Shown here piece after piece: positions 1 to 9,096 of a DNA stretch of 64,000 bases (position 1 is its first letter; every line of letters starts with the position of its first letter). The notes under the pieces were generated by a model that saw only the letters and a program-made list of their open reading frames with translations, ran no database searches and was not told where the DNA came from. Location: NCBI GenBank assembly GCA_964640175.1, contig CAZXFW010000010.1, positions 30,638-94,637 of the forward strand, read 5' to 3'. The DNA comes from an uncultured Polyangiales bacterium. GTDB lineage: Bacteria > Myxococcota_A > Polyangia > Polyangiales > GCA-016699535. Position numbers and translations under genes: made by a program.

Positions 1-453
1 GGTGTCGGTGTACGTGCCAGTGACATCGACCGTGGTGACAGTCATGCCAGCGATGGTTCGCTTATCGATGTCAGCACGTGATTTGCCTTTAGGGTGGTTA
101 GGCGCTTTGAATTGGCCCACCCAGCGATCGATGTTGCTTTGCACATCGCCTCCCTGACCAGGACCAAAAAAGAATACCGCTAAGATCGCATCAGGTTCAC
201 CTTGCCCTTCCACGCGATACTCTGCTGCTCGCATTGCGCTTTTAGGTGTCTGTGCGATGAAGCGCTGAGGGGCGTTCCAGCGAATCCCGCCTGCAGTGGG
301 CAATCCAGTCGATGTGGATGCATTGGCAGTGACAGCAGAGGGGGCTGGTTGGGGTTTAGAGGCAGGCTTTTCTGTGGGGGGCTGATCCGATGCTCCACGT
401 TGGTTGCAACCAAGCAGTAACAACGTTCCAAGCAACAATGGAATTCTATGCAT
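1..453 (-). CDS. Lipoprotein of unknown function, runs off the window edge (not in ORF track)
   Basis: Manual translation from ATG at 453: MHRIPLLLGTLLLLGC (lipobox), Pro/Ala/Ser linker, then ...AVFFFGPGQGGDVQSNIDRWVGQF...; open to base 1. Confidence 0.75.
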   Translation of the reverse strand, partial: MHRIPLLLGTLLLLGCNQRGASDQPPTEKPASKPQPAPSAVTANASTSTGLPTAGGIRWNAPQRFIAQTPKSAMRAAEYRVEGQGEPDAILAVFFFGPGQGGDVQSNIDRWVGQFKAPNHPKGKSRADIDKRTIAGMTVTTVDVTGTYTDT

Positions 454-463
454 AGGGACGGTT

Positions 464-1522
464 TTAGGGAAAAATGGCCGTGGCTTCAAGGCTTGCGGTT
501 TCAGGCCAGCCAAACCGTATATTCATGCACTGAATGGCTTGTCCAGAAGCGCCTTTTACAAGGTTATCCAGCGCGCTTTGTATAATTACCCAGCCACTGT
601 GGGGATCCAGCGTATAGTTGAGCAGCGTGTGATTGGTGCCGCGAATCCACAGTGTATCTGGGTTTTGGTCCTCTGGAAGTACGCGAATGAAGGGTGCATT
701 GACATAGAATTCGCGAGCCGCTTGGCGACATGCCTGGGCGGTAAGTCCAGGGGTGATTGCCTTGGCATAGGCTGTCACCAACATGCCACGCGTCATCGGG
801 ACAAGATGTGGGGTAAACGTGACAGCAACAGGCGTGGCGCTTAGAGTGTTTAGTGTTTGCAAGATCTCAGGAAGATGTCGATGGTGTCCTCCGACTTTAT
901 AGCTTCGGATGCCTTCTGCCACATCGGGGTAATGGGTGGCTGCTGTAGGCGTGCGGCCCGCACCTGAGACGCCGCTTTTGGCATCGACAATGACATGACT
1001 TGAATCGATCAGGCCTGCCTTGAGCAGTGGTGCAAGCGCGAGAATGGTTGCCGTGGGATAGCATCCAGGCACCGCAATGAGATCGGTTTGAGTGAGGGCG
1101 TGACGGAAAAGCTCCGGAAGGCCGTACACGGCTTCTTTTAACAAAGCAGAAGCCGTATGAGGTCCATACCATTGCTCATACGTGGTGTGATCACGAAGTC
1201 GAAAATCGGCCGATAAATCAAAGACGGTCACTCGACGTTCACGCAGTGCTTTGACAATGTCCATGCTGGCCGCATGGGGAAGAGCACAAAAGACAGCACG
1301 TGCATTGGCCGCAATCTTGTCAGGGTCTATCCCGTCGATGCGAAGGCCTGCTTCGGGGCCGAGTTGTGGATGAACTGTTCCTAGGGACTCGCCCACATGA
1401 CTTCGTCCACCCACATACGAAAGAGCTGCATAGGGATGCTTTAGCAGCAACCTTAATAGCTCCATGCCCGTATAACCGGTGCTGCCTAGCACGGCTACAG
1501 GCAATGCGGAGGTGCTCCCCAT
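464..1522 (-). CDS. argC: N-acetyl-gamma-glutamyl-phosphate reductase
   Basis: GSTGYTG Rossmann motif, VPGCYPT catalytic Cys, SGVSGAG, DNLVKGASGQA. Confidence 0.97.
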   Translation of the reverse strand: MGSTSALPVAVLGSTGYTGMELLRLLLKHPYAALSYVGGRSHVGESLGTVHPQLGPEAGLRIDGIDPDKIAANARAVFCALPHAASMDIVKALRERRVTVFDLSADFRLRDHTTYEQWYGPHTASALLKEAVYGLPELFRHALTQTDLIAVPGCYPTATILALAPLLKAGLIDSSHVIVDAKSGVSGAGRTPTAATHYPDVAEGIRSYKVGGHHRHLPEILQTLNTLSATPVAVTFTPHLVPMTRGMLVTAYAKAITPGLTAQACRQAAREFYVNAPFIRVLPEDQNPDTLWIRGTNHTLLNYTLDPHSGWVIIQSALDNLVKGASGQAIQCMNIRFGWPETASLEATAIFP

Positions 1523-1525
1523 GGC

Positions 1526-1924
1526 TCAGCGCTTAGAGTACTGGAACTTCTTACGCGCGCCAGGCTGACCTGGTTTTTTTCGTTCCTTTTCGCGTGCGTC
1601 ACGGGTGAGAAGGCCAGCTTTTTTCAAGGGTGAGCGAAACTCGCCGTCTACATCCAACAAGGCACGAGAAATCCCATGACGAATGGCTTCTGCCTGTGAA
1701 GAAAGGCCACCGCCGTACACATTACACTCGACGTCGTAGGTGTTGCCTTTTCCCAAAACATCGAAAGGCTGCTCGATAATCATGCGAGATGTCTCTCGAT
1801 CGAAGTAAGTGTCCATGCTCTTACCGTTTACAACAATGGAGCCAGAGCCATTCTGGAGAAATACTCGAGCTACGGCACGTTTGCGTCGGCCTGTGGCGTA
1901 ATGTCGACCGTGTATACTTGGCAT
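1526..1924 (-). CDS. rpsI: 30S ribosomal protein S9
   Basis: [32 protein letters not shown]-terminal KKFQYSKR; start taken at ATG 1924. Confidence 0.98.
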   Translation of the reverse strand: MPSIHGRHYATGRRKRAVARVFLQNGSGSIVVNGKSMDTYFDRETSRMIIEQPFDVLGKGNTYDVECNVYGGGLSSQAEAIRHGISRALLDVDGEFRSPLKKAGLLTRDAREKERKKPGQPGARKKFQYSKR

Positions 1925-1929
1925 ATGAG

Positions 1930-2373
1930 TTACGCCTGTCCTTTCCAAGGTTGAGGTTGCTGTGCAGCATGAGGGTGAGTGGGACCCGCATACACCTTAA
2001 GCTTGGTACGCATGGCGCGCCCAAGCGGTGAGTAGGGCAACATCCCTCGTACAGCTTTTTCAATGACAAACTCGGGCTTACGGCTGAGCAGCTTGCGGTA
2101 GCTTTCAGAGCGGATGCCACCTGGGTAGCCCGAATGATGATAGTAGTGCTTGTCGTCAAGCTTGTTGCCTGTCAGGCGAACTTTGTCGGCATTGATCACC
2201 ACGACGAAATCCCCTGTGTCTACATGCGGCGTGTATTGCGGCTTATGCTTGCCACGCAGCAACGTGGCGATTTGGGTGGCAATGCGGCCCAGCGTTTGCC
2301 CTTCCGCATCGAGCAGATGCCACGCTTGAGAGACTTGGTTTACTTTGGCTTGATAGGTTTTTTGCATGCGCAT
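1930..2373 (-). CDS. rplM: 50S ribosomal protein L13
   Basis: [39 protein letters not shown]. Confidence 0.98.
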   Translation of the reverse strand: MRMQKTYQAKVNQVSQAWHLLDAEGQTLGRIATQIATLLRGKHKPQYTPHVDTGDFVVVINADKVRLTGNKLDDKHYYHHSGYPGGIRSESYRKLLSRKPEFVIEKAVRGMLPYSPLGRAMRTKLKVYAGPTHPHAAQQPQPWKGQA

Positions 2374-2397
2374 ACGACGTTTTCCGACAGGTGGCGC

Positions 2398-2426
2398 AGT
2401 GTGACTCCTAGGCTACAGCCTGTCAA
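2398..2426 (-). promoter_or_regulatory. Putative sigma70 promoter of rplM-rpsI-argC
   Basis: Minus strand TTGACA (2426-2421), 17-nt spacer, CACACT (2403-2398). Confidence 0.55.
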
Positions 2427-2536
2427 GGCATGGGGAGAACCGGTGAATAGATCCTGGCTAGGAGCGTCTGAACCAGTAGTCCCAAGGAGGGTTGCTCCGA
2501 AGCAAACGATAGGCGTATCCTATCAAAAGGAACGGC

Positions 2537-3085
2537 ATGTTGAATAAAAAAATCGCATTTTTAGGCATAATATCTGTGTTTGGGGTCCTGGTCGTCAGTT
2601 TTGGGGCCCAGGCCCAGGGCAAAAAAAAGGGTCAGCTGGACTGCGCGATCGAGGAAAATGGGGCTACGGCGTTTGGGGTTATGGTAGTGCGCCGGGACGG
2701 GAAGGAGATCGCGACGAGCAGTTGTGGCAAGGCCATCCTGCTCGAAAAAGGCCACTACGAGGCGGCGGTTCGGTTGGATGGGGCACTCGATCTTCCTGAA
2801 AAAGCACACCCTGTGACGATCCGTCCAGGAGGACAGGAACTGGTTCGGGCAACGTTTCAAACAGGCACGCTAGAGGTGCATGCCATCCAAGGAGGCCGCA
2901 AAGCAGCCGCTTTGGCGACGATTTTTCAGGAGGGGCATCGCGTTGGCACTTTAGGTATGGGTGTGACAGGCAGACTGAGTGCGGGGACGTACATGGTCGT
3001 TGTGCGTTATCGCGGTGAAGAAAAGACCTTCAATGCGGTGGCGATTGCATCCCAAGAACGCCGTGTATTGAACGCCGAGTTTTAA
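2537..3085 (+). CDS. Exported protein of unknown function
   Basis: Signal peptide ending AQA, beta-rich mature part, 182 aa. Confidence 0.7.
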   Translation: MLNKKIAFLGIISVFGVLVVSFGAQAQGKKKGQLDCAIEENGATAFGVMVVRRDGKEIATSSCGKAILLEKGHYEAAVRLDGALDLPEKAHPVTIRPGGQELVRATFQTGTLEVHAIQGGRKAAALATIFQEGHRVGTLGMGVTGRLSAGTYMVVVRYRGEEKTFNAVAIASQERRVLNAEF

Positions 3086-3163
3086 TCGATAAGTTTCCGG
3101 GAATGCTTGGTGGCAACCCAAGATGGGTTCTAGTGGCAAGCGCTCTCTGATAGCGTCCCGTGT

Positions 3164-5788
3164 GTGACGGACGATACCACAGGCCAGTTCTCCTTGCCGC
3201 CACAGCAGTCGTACGAACCGCATCCCATCCTTCGATGGCTTTACCGGCGGTTTTTTGCGCATATTCATGTAGATGAACACTGGAGTGGCGTGGTGCGTCA
3301 AGCGGCGGACACTGGCACCGTTGTGTATGTGATGCGGTCACTGTCCTGGCTGGACTTTTTATGTCTGGACTTTTTGTTGAAGCGGTATGGACTGCCAGTG
3401 GTTCATTTTGTGACCGATTTGGGGTTATGGATTTTGGAGCCTTTTGGGAAAGGGGACAGAAGGCTGAGTTTGCGGCGCCAGGTCCCTGAAGTGCTTGCGC
3501 TTAAGAAAACCCTTGAGCACGGTGCGAGTGCATTGCTCTTTTTGCGTCGTCCACCCCGCTTTGCCAAAAGCCGCCGTCGCAGTGAGCAAATGAATGTCGA
3601 TTTGTTTCAAACCTTGGTTCAGATGCAAAGGGAACTCAATCGGCCTATTCTGGTGGTGCCGCAGGCCTTTGTTTGGACCAAGCTTCCGCCTCATCACAGG
3701 CGCTCGGTGTTTGATGTTTTTTTCGGTCCGAGTGAATCGCCTGGAAGGATTCGTGTATTTTTTCAGTTCTTGCTCAACTATCGCAATGTCCTATTGCGAT
3801 CAGGACAGCCGTTTAATCTGCAAGAGTTTGTTCAGCAGCACCGTGATCTGAGTGACATCGAGTTATCGGATAAGGTTCGTTACGCGTTGTTTCGGCGCAT
3901 CGAGCGAGAGCGGATGTTGGTGCTTGGCCCCACCAAAAAGACTTCCCAGCGTCTTCGTGATGAGATCCTTCGAAGTCCACGCGTGCAAAAACATATTCAC
4001 TCTGCTGCACGGTCTGCCAGAAAATCGATTCACGCTGTGACGCGGGAGGCTGGCAAAGACCTGCAAAAAATGATCGCAGCTCCCGATCCGTATGTGCTCG
4101 GTATGTTGCACCGATTTTGCACATGGTTATGGCACAAGATTTACGACGGCGTGGTTGTGGATCAGGAGGGGATCGAACGTGTACGTGAAGCAGCACGTCG
4201 AGGCACCTTGGTGCTATTACCAAGCCATCGAAGTCACATTGACTACATGGTGCTTGATGACGTGCTTTATGCAAATGCAATGAACACGCCATTGATTGCT
4301 GCAGGGGATAATCTTAATTTTTGGCCTATTGGCCCCATTCTAAGGCGCGCAGGCGCGTTTTTTATCAGACGTTCTTTTCGTGGACGCAAGCTCTATAGTG
4401 CACTGGTTGATGCGTACATCCGCAAGCTTATCGTAGAAGGATTTAATATTGAGTTCTTCTTGGAGGGGGGGAGGTCCAGGACGGGGAAATTGCTTATGCC
4501 TAAGTTTGGCCTGCTGTCGATGGTTGTCGATGCGGTTTTAGCGCTGCGTAATAAAAAGGTATTCTTCGTGCCTATCTATATTGGGTATGATCGCATTATT
4601 CAGATTGAAGAACGCGCGTATGAACACGAAGTGGGTGGAGGCGATAAGCGCAAAGAAAGTTTTGGGGATTTTCTCAAAAGTTCGAAGGTGTTGCAGTCTA
4701 AGTATGGCCGGCTGTATGTCGAGTTTGGCAAGATCTTGGACTTTGACCAGGTGGCATCAGAGTACAAGGCGCGTCGTCATAAGGGCGATGTGATTCCTAG
4801 CGAGTCGCGAGAGTTAACGCCTGCCGTCCGTAGAGCTGTAGTCCAGCATCTAGCCTATCGTACAGCGTATGAAACCAGCCAAGTGACCGTGGTGACCCCG
4901 ACGGCGTTGTTGGCGTTGGTGCTATTGCAACATGAAAAGCGCGGAATGCATTTTGACGAGCTTCTGCTAAGCAGTGCGATCGTGATCGGACTTTTGAAAA
5001 AACTGGGGGCGCGAATTTCAGCTCCCATTCTTTCTCCGAAAAATTCTATGTATCGCGATGCGATTACACAAGCGCTACAGTTGTTTGTTCAAGGGCATAT
5101 GATTGATTTATCTGGAGAAGGCGATGGAGCCGTTTACAGTGTGCCTGAAGAACGCCGCATAGCCCTTGAGTATTACAAAAACAACATTTTACACTTTTTT
5201 GTTCCACAAGGGCTGATTGCATTGGCACTGTTGCCATACAAAGGCACGCCCGTTGCTAAGGCGGAACTACGTGATTCTGTCAAAGAGCTGTCACGTTTTT
5301 TTAAGTATGATTTTGTGTTTCGGGTTGGTGTGGATTTCGACACGGCCTTTGACGATGTGTTGCAGCGTATGATTTCTGGTAATGAAGTCGTGGAAAAAGA
5401 TGGGATGTGCGGGATTTCTCAAGCGGCCGAGGCGGCGCATTTGGAGCTTTACGCAGGGATGCTGCAAAGCTTCTTGGAAAGCTACCGACTTGCAGCACGT
5501 GGCACTACGTTTTTGTTCAAAGGGAAAGTCTCCGTCAAGGATTGGCTCAAGCGCACCTTAGCGCTGGGTCAACGCATGTATTTGTCAGGAGAGATTCGAC
5601 GTAGAGAAGCGCTATCCAGGCCAAATTTGGAAAGCGCGCTTCAGCTTCTCAAAGACCAACATTGGGTGCAGGCGGATGCAACGCAGAGCTTAATGGCAGG
5701 AGCCATGTTGAAAGATAAAACAGATGCGGACAAAGTCGAGCATCAGATTGCTAAGTACTTAATAAACAGTAATTCGTTTAATCCCTAG
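3164..5788 (+). CDS. plsB: Glycerol-3-phosphate O-acyltransferase (PlsB-like)
   Basis: HRSHIDY (HX4D), GAFFIRR, FFLEGGRSRTGK, C-terminal YYKNNILH; 874 aa. Confidence 0.85.
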   Translation: MTDDTTGQFSLPPQQSYEPHPILRWLYRRFFAHIHVDEHWSGVVRQAADTGTVVYVMRSLSWLDFLCLDFLLKRYGLPVVHFVTDLGLWILEPFGKGDRRLSLRRQVPEVLALKKTLEHGASALLFLRRPPRFAKSRRRSEQMNVDLFQTLVQMQRELNRPILVVPQAFVWTKLPPHHRRSVFDVFFGPSESPGRIRVFFQFLLNYRNVLLRSGQPFNLQEFVQQHRDLSDIELSDKVRYALFRRIERERMLVLGPTKKTSQRLRDEILRSPRVQKHIHSAARSARKSIHAVTREAGKDLQKMIAAPDPYVLGMLHRFCTWLWHKIYDGVVVDQEGIERVREAARRGTLVLLPSHRSHIDYMVLDDVLYANAMNTPLIAAGDNLNFWPIGPILRRAGAFFIRRSFRGRKLYSALVDAYIRKLIVEGFNIEFFLEGGRSRTGKLLMPKFGLLSMVVDAVLALRNKKVFFVPIYIGYDRIIQIEERAYEHEVGGGDKRKESFGDFLKSSKVLQSKYGRLYVEFGKILDFDQVASEYKARRHKGDVIPSESRELTPAVRRAVVQHLAYRTAYETSQVTVVTPTALLALVLLQHEKRGMHFDELLLSSAIVIGLLKKLGARISAPILSPKNSMYRDAITQALQLFVQGHMIDLSGEGDGAVYSVPEERRIALEYYKNNILHFFVPQGLIALALLPYKGTPVAKAELRDSVKELSRFFKYDFVFRVGVDFDTAFDDVLQRMISGNEVVEKDGMCGISQAAEAAHLELYAGMLQSFLESYRLAARGTTFLFKGKVSVKDWLKRTLALGQRMYLSGEIRRREALSRPNLESALQLLKDQHWVQADATQSLMAGAMLKDKTDADKVEHQIAKYLINSNSFNP

Positions 5789-5794
5789 TACGCC

Positions 5795-6892
5795 ATGTTT
5801 GAAGACTTTGTATTAGGTTACAATCAAGGATGGTTTTCTACGTGTTATGGCTCTGATCTGAGTACTGGGTGGTCAGAAGCGACCGCAGTCTATGCTGCGA
5901 TGAGGTATCTCGACGGTAAAGTGGAGCCTTGTGCTGAGGGAATGCCGGTTGATTCAGGAATTGATGGTTTTTTTGCTATGGCTCGTGGTTGTGGCGCACG
6001 CGTCGTGCGTTTGTGGGCCTTTGAGAGTTACAGCAAAGAGGGCTGTGACTATGGTTCACGGGAAAGCCTTGATGGAATAAAGGGGCTTACCCCAGCGTTT
6101 GAGCACCATGTTCATCAGGTTATGCAGGCGGCTATGCGCTATGGGGTCCAGGTGTATTGGACTGCGCTTGTGGGGAATTGGCCAAGGCATTGGAGATCGC
6201 CGGAAATAAAGGACATCGGGCGGTGGAGGAGAATTCACTATAACATTCTTCACAACCGTTATAACGCACAACAAGCGTACCATGAACATGCATTGGGCCC
6301 GTTTGTGAAGTTGTTGAGTGCCTATGAGAACAATGTGTATGCATTGGATTTGATGAATGAGGTTCAAGGTTCATTGCGTGATTTTTGGGGTTCGGATTGG
6401 AATAGAGTACGGCGCTGGATTAAACATGGACGGGAGTTTGTGCGTGGTGTCATGCCATCGTTGAAGGTGACGGCAAGCTGTGGGCATCACACAGCGGTTA
6501 CGGATGTGTTGGAAGGGCGGGTGAGTGATCTCGGGCTTGATTTCTACGATCTCCATCTCTACAACGACGAAGGCCGCATCCCTCAGATGCAAGCATTGGG
6601 CCGTTTGGCTTTGGCGGATGCAACGCCATTGTTGTTGGGTGAGTTTGGGCAACGGGACGGTAGTTACAACGATGAAGTGCAGACTCGAGTGGTGCGAGAG
6701 TTTATCCAAAAGGCTTATGACCATGGGTTTTTGGGAGCGCTTGCTTGGCGATTGGACGACTATCGGCCAGGTGAGTCATTAGATGCATCACGGCACACCT
6801 ATGTGTATCCCCATACAGAGGAAGGAGAACGTATTTACTATGCGCGCCCAGCGGTGCGAGTAATTCAGGCGGGAATTAGTCGGGTTGCGTAG
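5795..6892 (+). CDS. GH5/clan GH-A-like glycoside hydrolase
   Basis: VVRLWAF, LDLMNE (acid/base Glu), YDLHLY, LLLGEFG (nucleophile Glu), LAW. Confidence 0.7.
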   Translation: MFEDFVLGYNQGWFSTCYGSDLSTGWSEATAVYAAMRYLDGKVEPCAEGMPVDSGIDGFFAMARGCGARVVRLWAFESYSKEGCDYGSRESLDGIKGLTPAFEHHVHQVMQAAMRYGVQVYWTALVGNWPRHWRSPEIKDIGRWRRIHYNILHNRYNAQQAYHEHALGPFVKLLSAYENNVYALDLMNEVQGSLRDFWGSDWNRVRRWIKHGREFVRGVMPSLKVTASCGHHTAVTDVLEGRVSDLGLDFYDLHLYNDEGRIPQMQALGRLALADATPLLLGEFGQRDGSYNDEVQTRVVREFIQKAYDHGFLGALAWRLDDYRPGESLDASRHTYVYPHTEEGERIYYARPAVRVIQAGISRVA

Positions 6893-7493
6893 TTATGTCT
6901 TTGCGTCCTATGCCGTACAGAAAAAGCTCATAGCTTTCTTTACGAGTGGCTTCAGGACGAAACACGCGCACTTGTTTGAAGTGCAATGTGAGTGCGCGTT
7001 TTGCTTCTGGAAATTCACCTCCGGTAAAGAGCTTGCCTAAGAAAGCGCCATCCGACGTAAGAACCTCCGTTGCGATGCTAAAGGCTCTCATGAATAGCTC
7101 GAAGCTCCGATACTGATCGAGGTGCTTTTGACCACTTGTATGAGGTGCCATATCACTCATCACCACGTCAAAAGGGCCTTTAGCTTTTAATGCCTCAAGA
7201 TCCATGGCGAAAATGTCTGCCTGTTCCACATGTACATGATGAGGCAGTGCGAATTGCATGGGCTGAATGTCAATGGCGTAGACTGATCCACCGGGCAAAA
7301 TGCGTTGAGCGGCATACAGAGCCCAGGATCCAGGAGCTGCTCCTAAATCAAGTACACGCATGCCGCGTTTAAAAAGTGCTGCCCGGCGGTCGATTTCTTC
7401 GAGTTTGAAGACAGAGCGTGCTGGAAAACCTGCTGCCTTAGCGCGTTGAGTGAAATGATCGGCAGACCGTGTAGACGAGCGTCGCTTGCTCAA
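6876..7493 (-). CDS. rlmE: 23S rRNA U2552 2'-O-methyltransferase (FtsJ/RrmJ)
   Basis: RSVFKLEEID, VLDLGAAPGSW, VMSDMAP, RPEATRKESYE. Confidence 0.93.
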   Translation of the reverse strand: MSKRRSSTRSADHFTQRAKAAGFPARSVFKLEEIDRRAALFKRGMRVLDLGAAPGSWALYAAQRILPGGSVYAIDIQPMQFALPHHVHVEQADIFAMDLEALKAKGPFDVVMSDMAPHTSGQKHLDQYRSFELFMRAFSIATEVLTSDGAFLGKLFTGGEFPEAKRALTLHFKQVRVFRPEATRKESYELFLYGIGRKDITTQPD

Positions 7494-7495
7494 AA

Positions 7496-8161
7496 CTAGT
7501 TGGTTGTTGTTTTGGGCTTAATGGTGCCTTGAACGGTGACAAGACCATTACGCGGGCCGGGTACAGCGCCTTGCACAAGAACAATCTGCTCGTCGTCGAG
7601 CACTTTTTCGATGCTTAATCGAAGCACCGTGACGCGCTCGTTGCCATAATGGCCTGGCATCTTGAGGTTAGGCAGGGTTCGGCCTGGTGTCATGTTTGTA
7701 CCAATCGAACCACCATGTCGGCGATATTCGTGCGTACCGTGTGTATCGCTGGCTGCCCCTGAGAAATTCCAGCGCTTCATAACACCGGTAAATCCTCGTC
7801 CTTTGCTCCGACCGCATACATCCACGAACTGGCCTACTTCAAAGACCTCGGAGGGCTTGAGGGTTTGGCCAACTTCGTATTTGGCACATGCTTCTTCAGG
7901 CAAGCGGAACTCGCGCAACACACGCGCAGCCTTGACTCCGAGCTTCTTGAAAAAGCCTGCTTCAGATTGATTGACCAACTTGTCGCGTTTGGTACCAAAG
8001 CCCAAAATGAGGGCAGAGTAACCATCGCGTTCGATCGTACGCTTGCCGATGACAATGCAGGGACCAACCTGAATGACCGTAACACGGCTGACGCTACCGT
8101 CATCGCGAAAGATCTGAGTGTTTCCGAGCTTGCGCCCGATGAGGCCCATATTCGTGTTCAT
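7496..8161 (-). CDS. rplC: 50S ribosomal protein L3 (outside an S10 operon)
   Basis: GLIGRKLG, VTVIQVGPC, SKGRGFTGVMKRWNF, HGGSIG, KMPGHYG, GAVPGPRNGLV. Confidence 0.96.
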   Translation of the reverse strand: MNTNMGLIGRKLGNTQIFRDDGSVSRVTVIQVGPCIVIGKRTIERDGYSALILGFGTKRDKLVNQSEAGFFKKLGVKAARVLREFRLPEEACAKYEVGQTLKPSEVFEVGQFVDVCGRSKGRGFTGVMKRWNFSGAASDTHGTHEYRRHGGSIGTNMTPGRTLPNLKMPGHYGNERVTVLRLSIEKVLDDEQIVLVQGAVPGPRNGLVTVQGTIKPKTTTN

Positions 8162-8234
8162 GTTGTGCTCCTGTACCTCGTTGCTTTGCCAGGGCCTGCT
8201 GAGGGGGTTAGATGGTCTGGCTAGCCGGCCGCGA

Positions 8235-8262
8235 AGAATACGTTATTCGGCCTAAAGGTCAA
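8235..8262 (-). promoter_or_regulatory. Putative sigma70 promoter of rplC-rlmE
   Basis: Minus strand TTGACC (8262-8257), 16-nt spacer, TATTCT (8240-8235); AGGAG RBS before the rplC ATG. Confidence 0.5.
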
Positions 8263-8292
8263 GGCCATGGTCACTAAAGCCGCCTAAAAAGG

Positions 8293-9084
8293 CTAGATTA
8301 ACTGGTATAAACGGCGTGCATTTTGTGTAGAACGTTCGCAGAATTCAAGAAAATCCTCTCCACGAACCTCTGCCAGTTTTTCGGCCGTATGGACCAAAAA
8401 AGCGGGTTCATTGCGTTTGCCACGTAGTGGGACAGGGGCAAGAAAGGGTGCATCTGTCTCAATCAGAATAGCATCTTTAGGCTGCTTGCGTGCAGCGTCC
8501 TGAATGGCTTCAGTTTTTTTTGGAAATGTGGTGATGCCGCTGAACGAAGCGACAAAACCAAGATCTAGAGCCGCTTTGGCAAATGCCGCATCTTCGCTAA
8601 AGCAATGAATCACGCCTCCCACCTCTGAGGCATGCTCTTCGCGAAGAATGGTCAATGTATCGGCTGCGGCGCCGCGAGTATGAACCACGATGGGTTTGCG
8701 CTGCGTGCGTGCTAACGCGATAAATCTGCGGAATACGTCTTGTTGCACCGTTCTTGGCGATCGTAAGTAAAAGTAATCCAAGCCTGTTTCTCCAATGGCA
8801 ACGACGTGAGGATCGCTGGATAATGCGGTGACGGCATCAAAGAGGGAGTCGGTGACTTCGGTGGCATGATGAGGATGGACGCCAACCGTTGCAAAGATGC
8901 GTTCAGGATGTGCATGGGCCAGTTCGATGGCGCCTTGCGCATCGCTAAGCCCTGCGCCGGAACCAATGGTCGTCATGTATCGAAGCCCTGCAGCGTGAGC
9001 ACGTTCGATGACAGCGCCGAGGTCATCTCCGTAGTCCTCGCGGTCAAGATGGCAGTGAGAGTCAAACAGCGTCGGCGTAGTCAT
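8293..9084 (-). CDS. tatD: TatD family nuclease
   Basis: DSHCHL, GVHPH, AIGETGLDY, VVHTR, HCFS, ILIETDAPFLAP. Confidence 0.95.
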   Translation of the reverse strand: MTTPTLFDSHCHLDREDYGDDLGAVIERAHAAGLRYMTTIGSGAGLSDAQGAIELAHAHPERIFATVGVHPHHATEVTDSLFDAVTALSSDPHVVAIGETGLDYFYLRSPRTVQQDVFRRFIALARTQRKPIVVHTRGAAADTLTILREEHASEVGGVIHCFSEDAAFAKAALDLGFVASFSGITTFPKKTEAIQDAARKQPKDAILIETDAPFLAPVPLRGKRNEPAFLVHTAEKLAEVRGEDFLEFCERSTQNARRLYQLI

Positions 9085-9096
9085 GATTAAAAAAAG

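Noticed and set aside
1821-2159. Alternative-frame ORFs overlapping rplM/rpsI, and the many other short shadow ORFs in the track
   Set aside because: They overlap well-supported genes and show no motifs, RBS or operon fit.
464-2373. argC directly behind rplM-rpsI
   Set aside because: Recalled as a common deltaproteobacterial gene order, so not novel.
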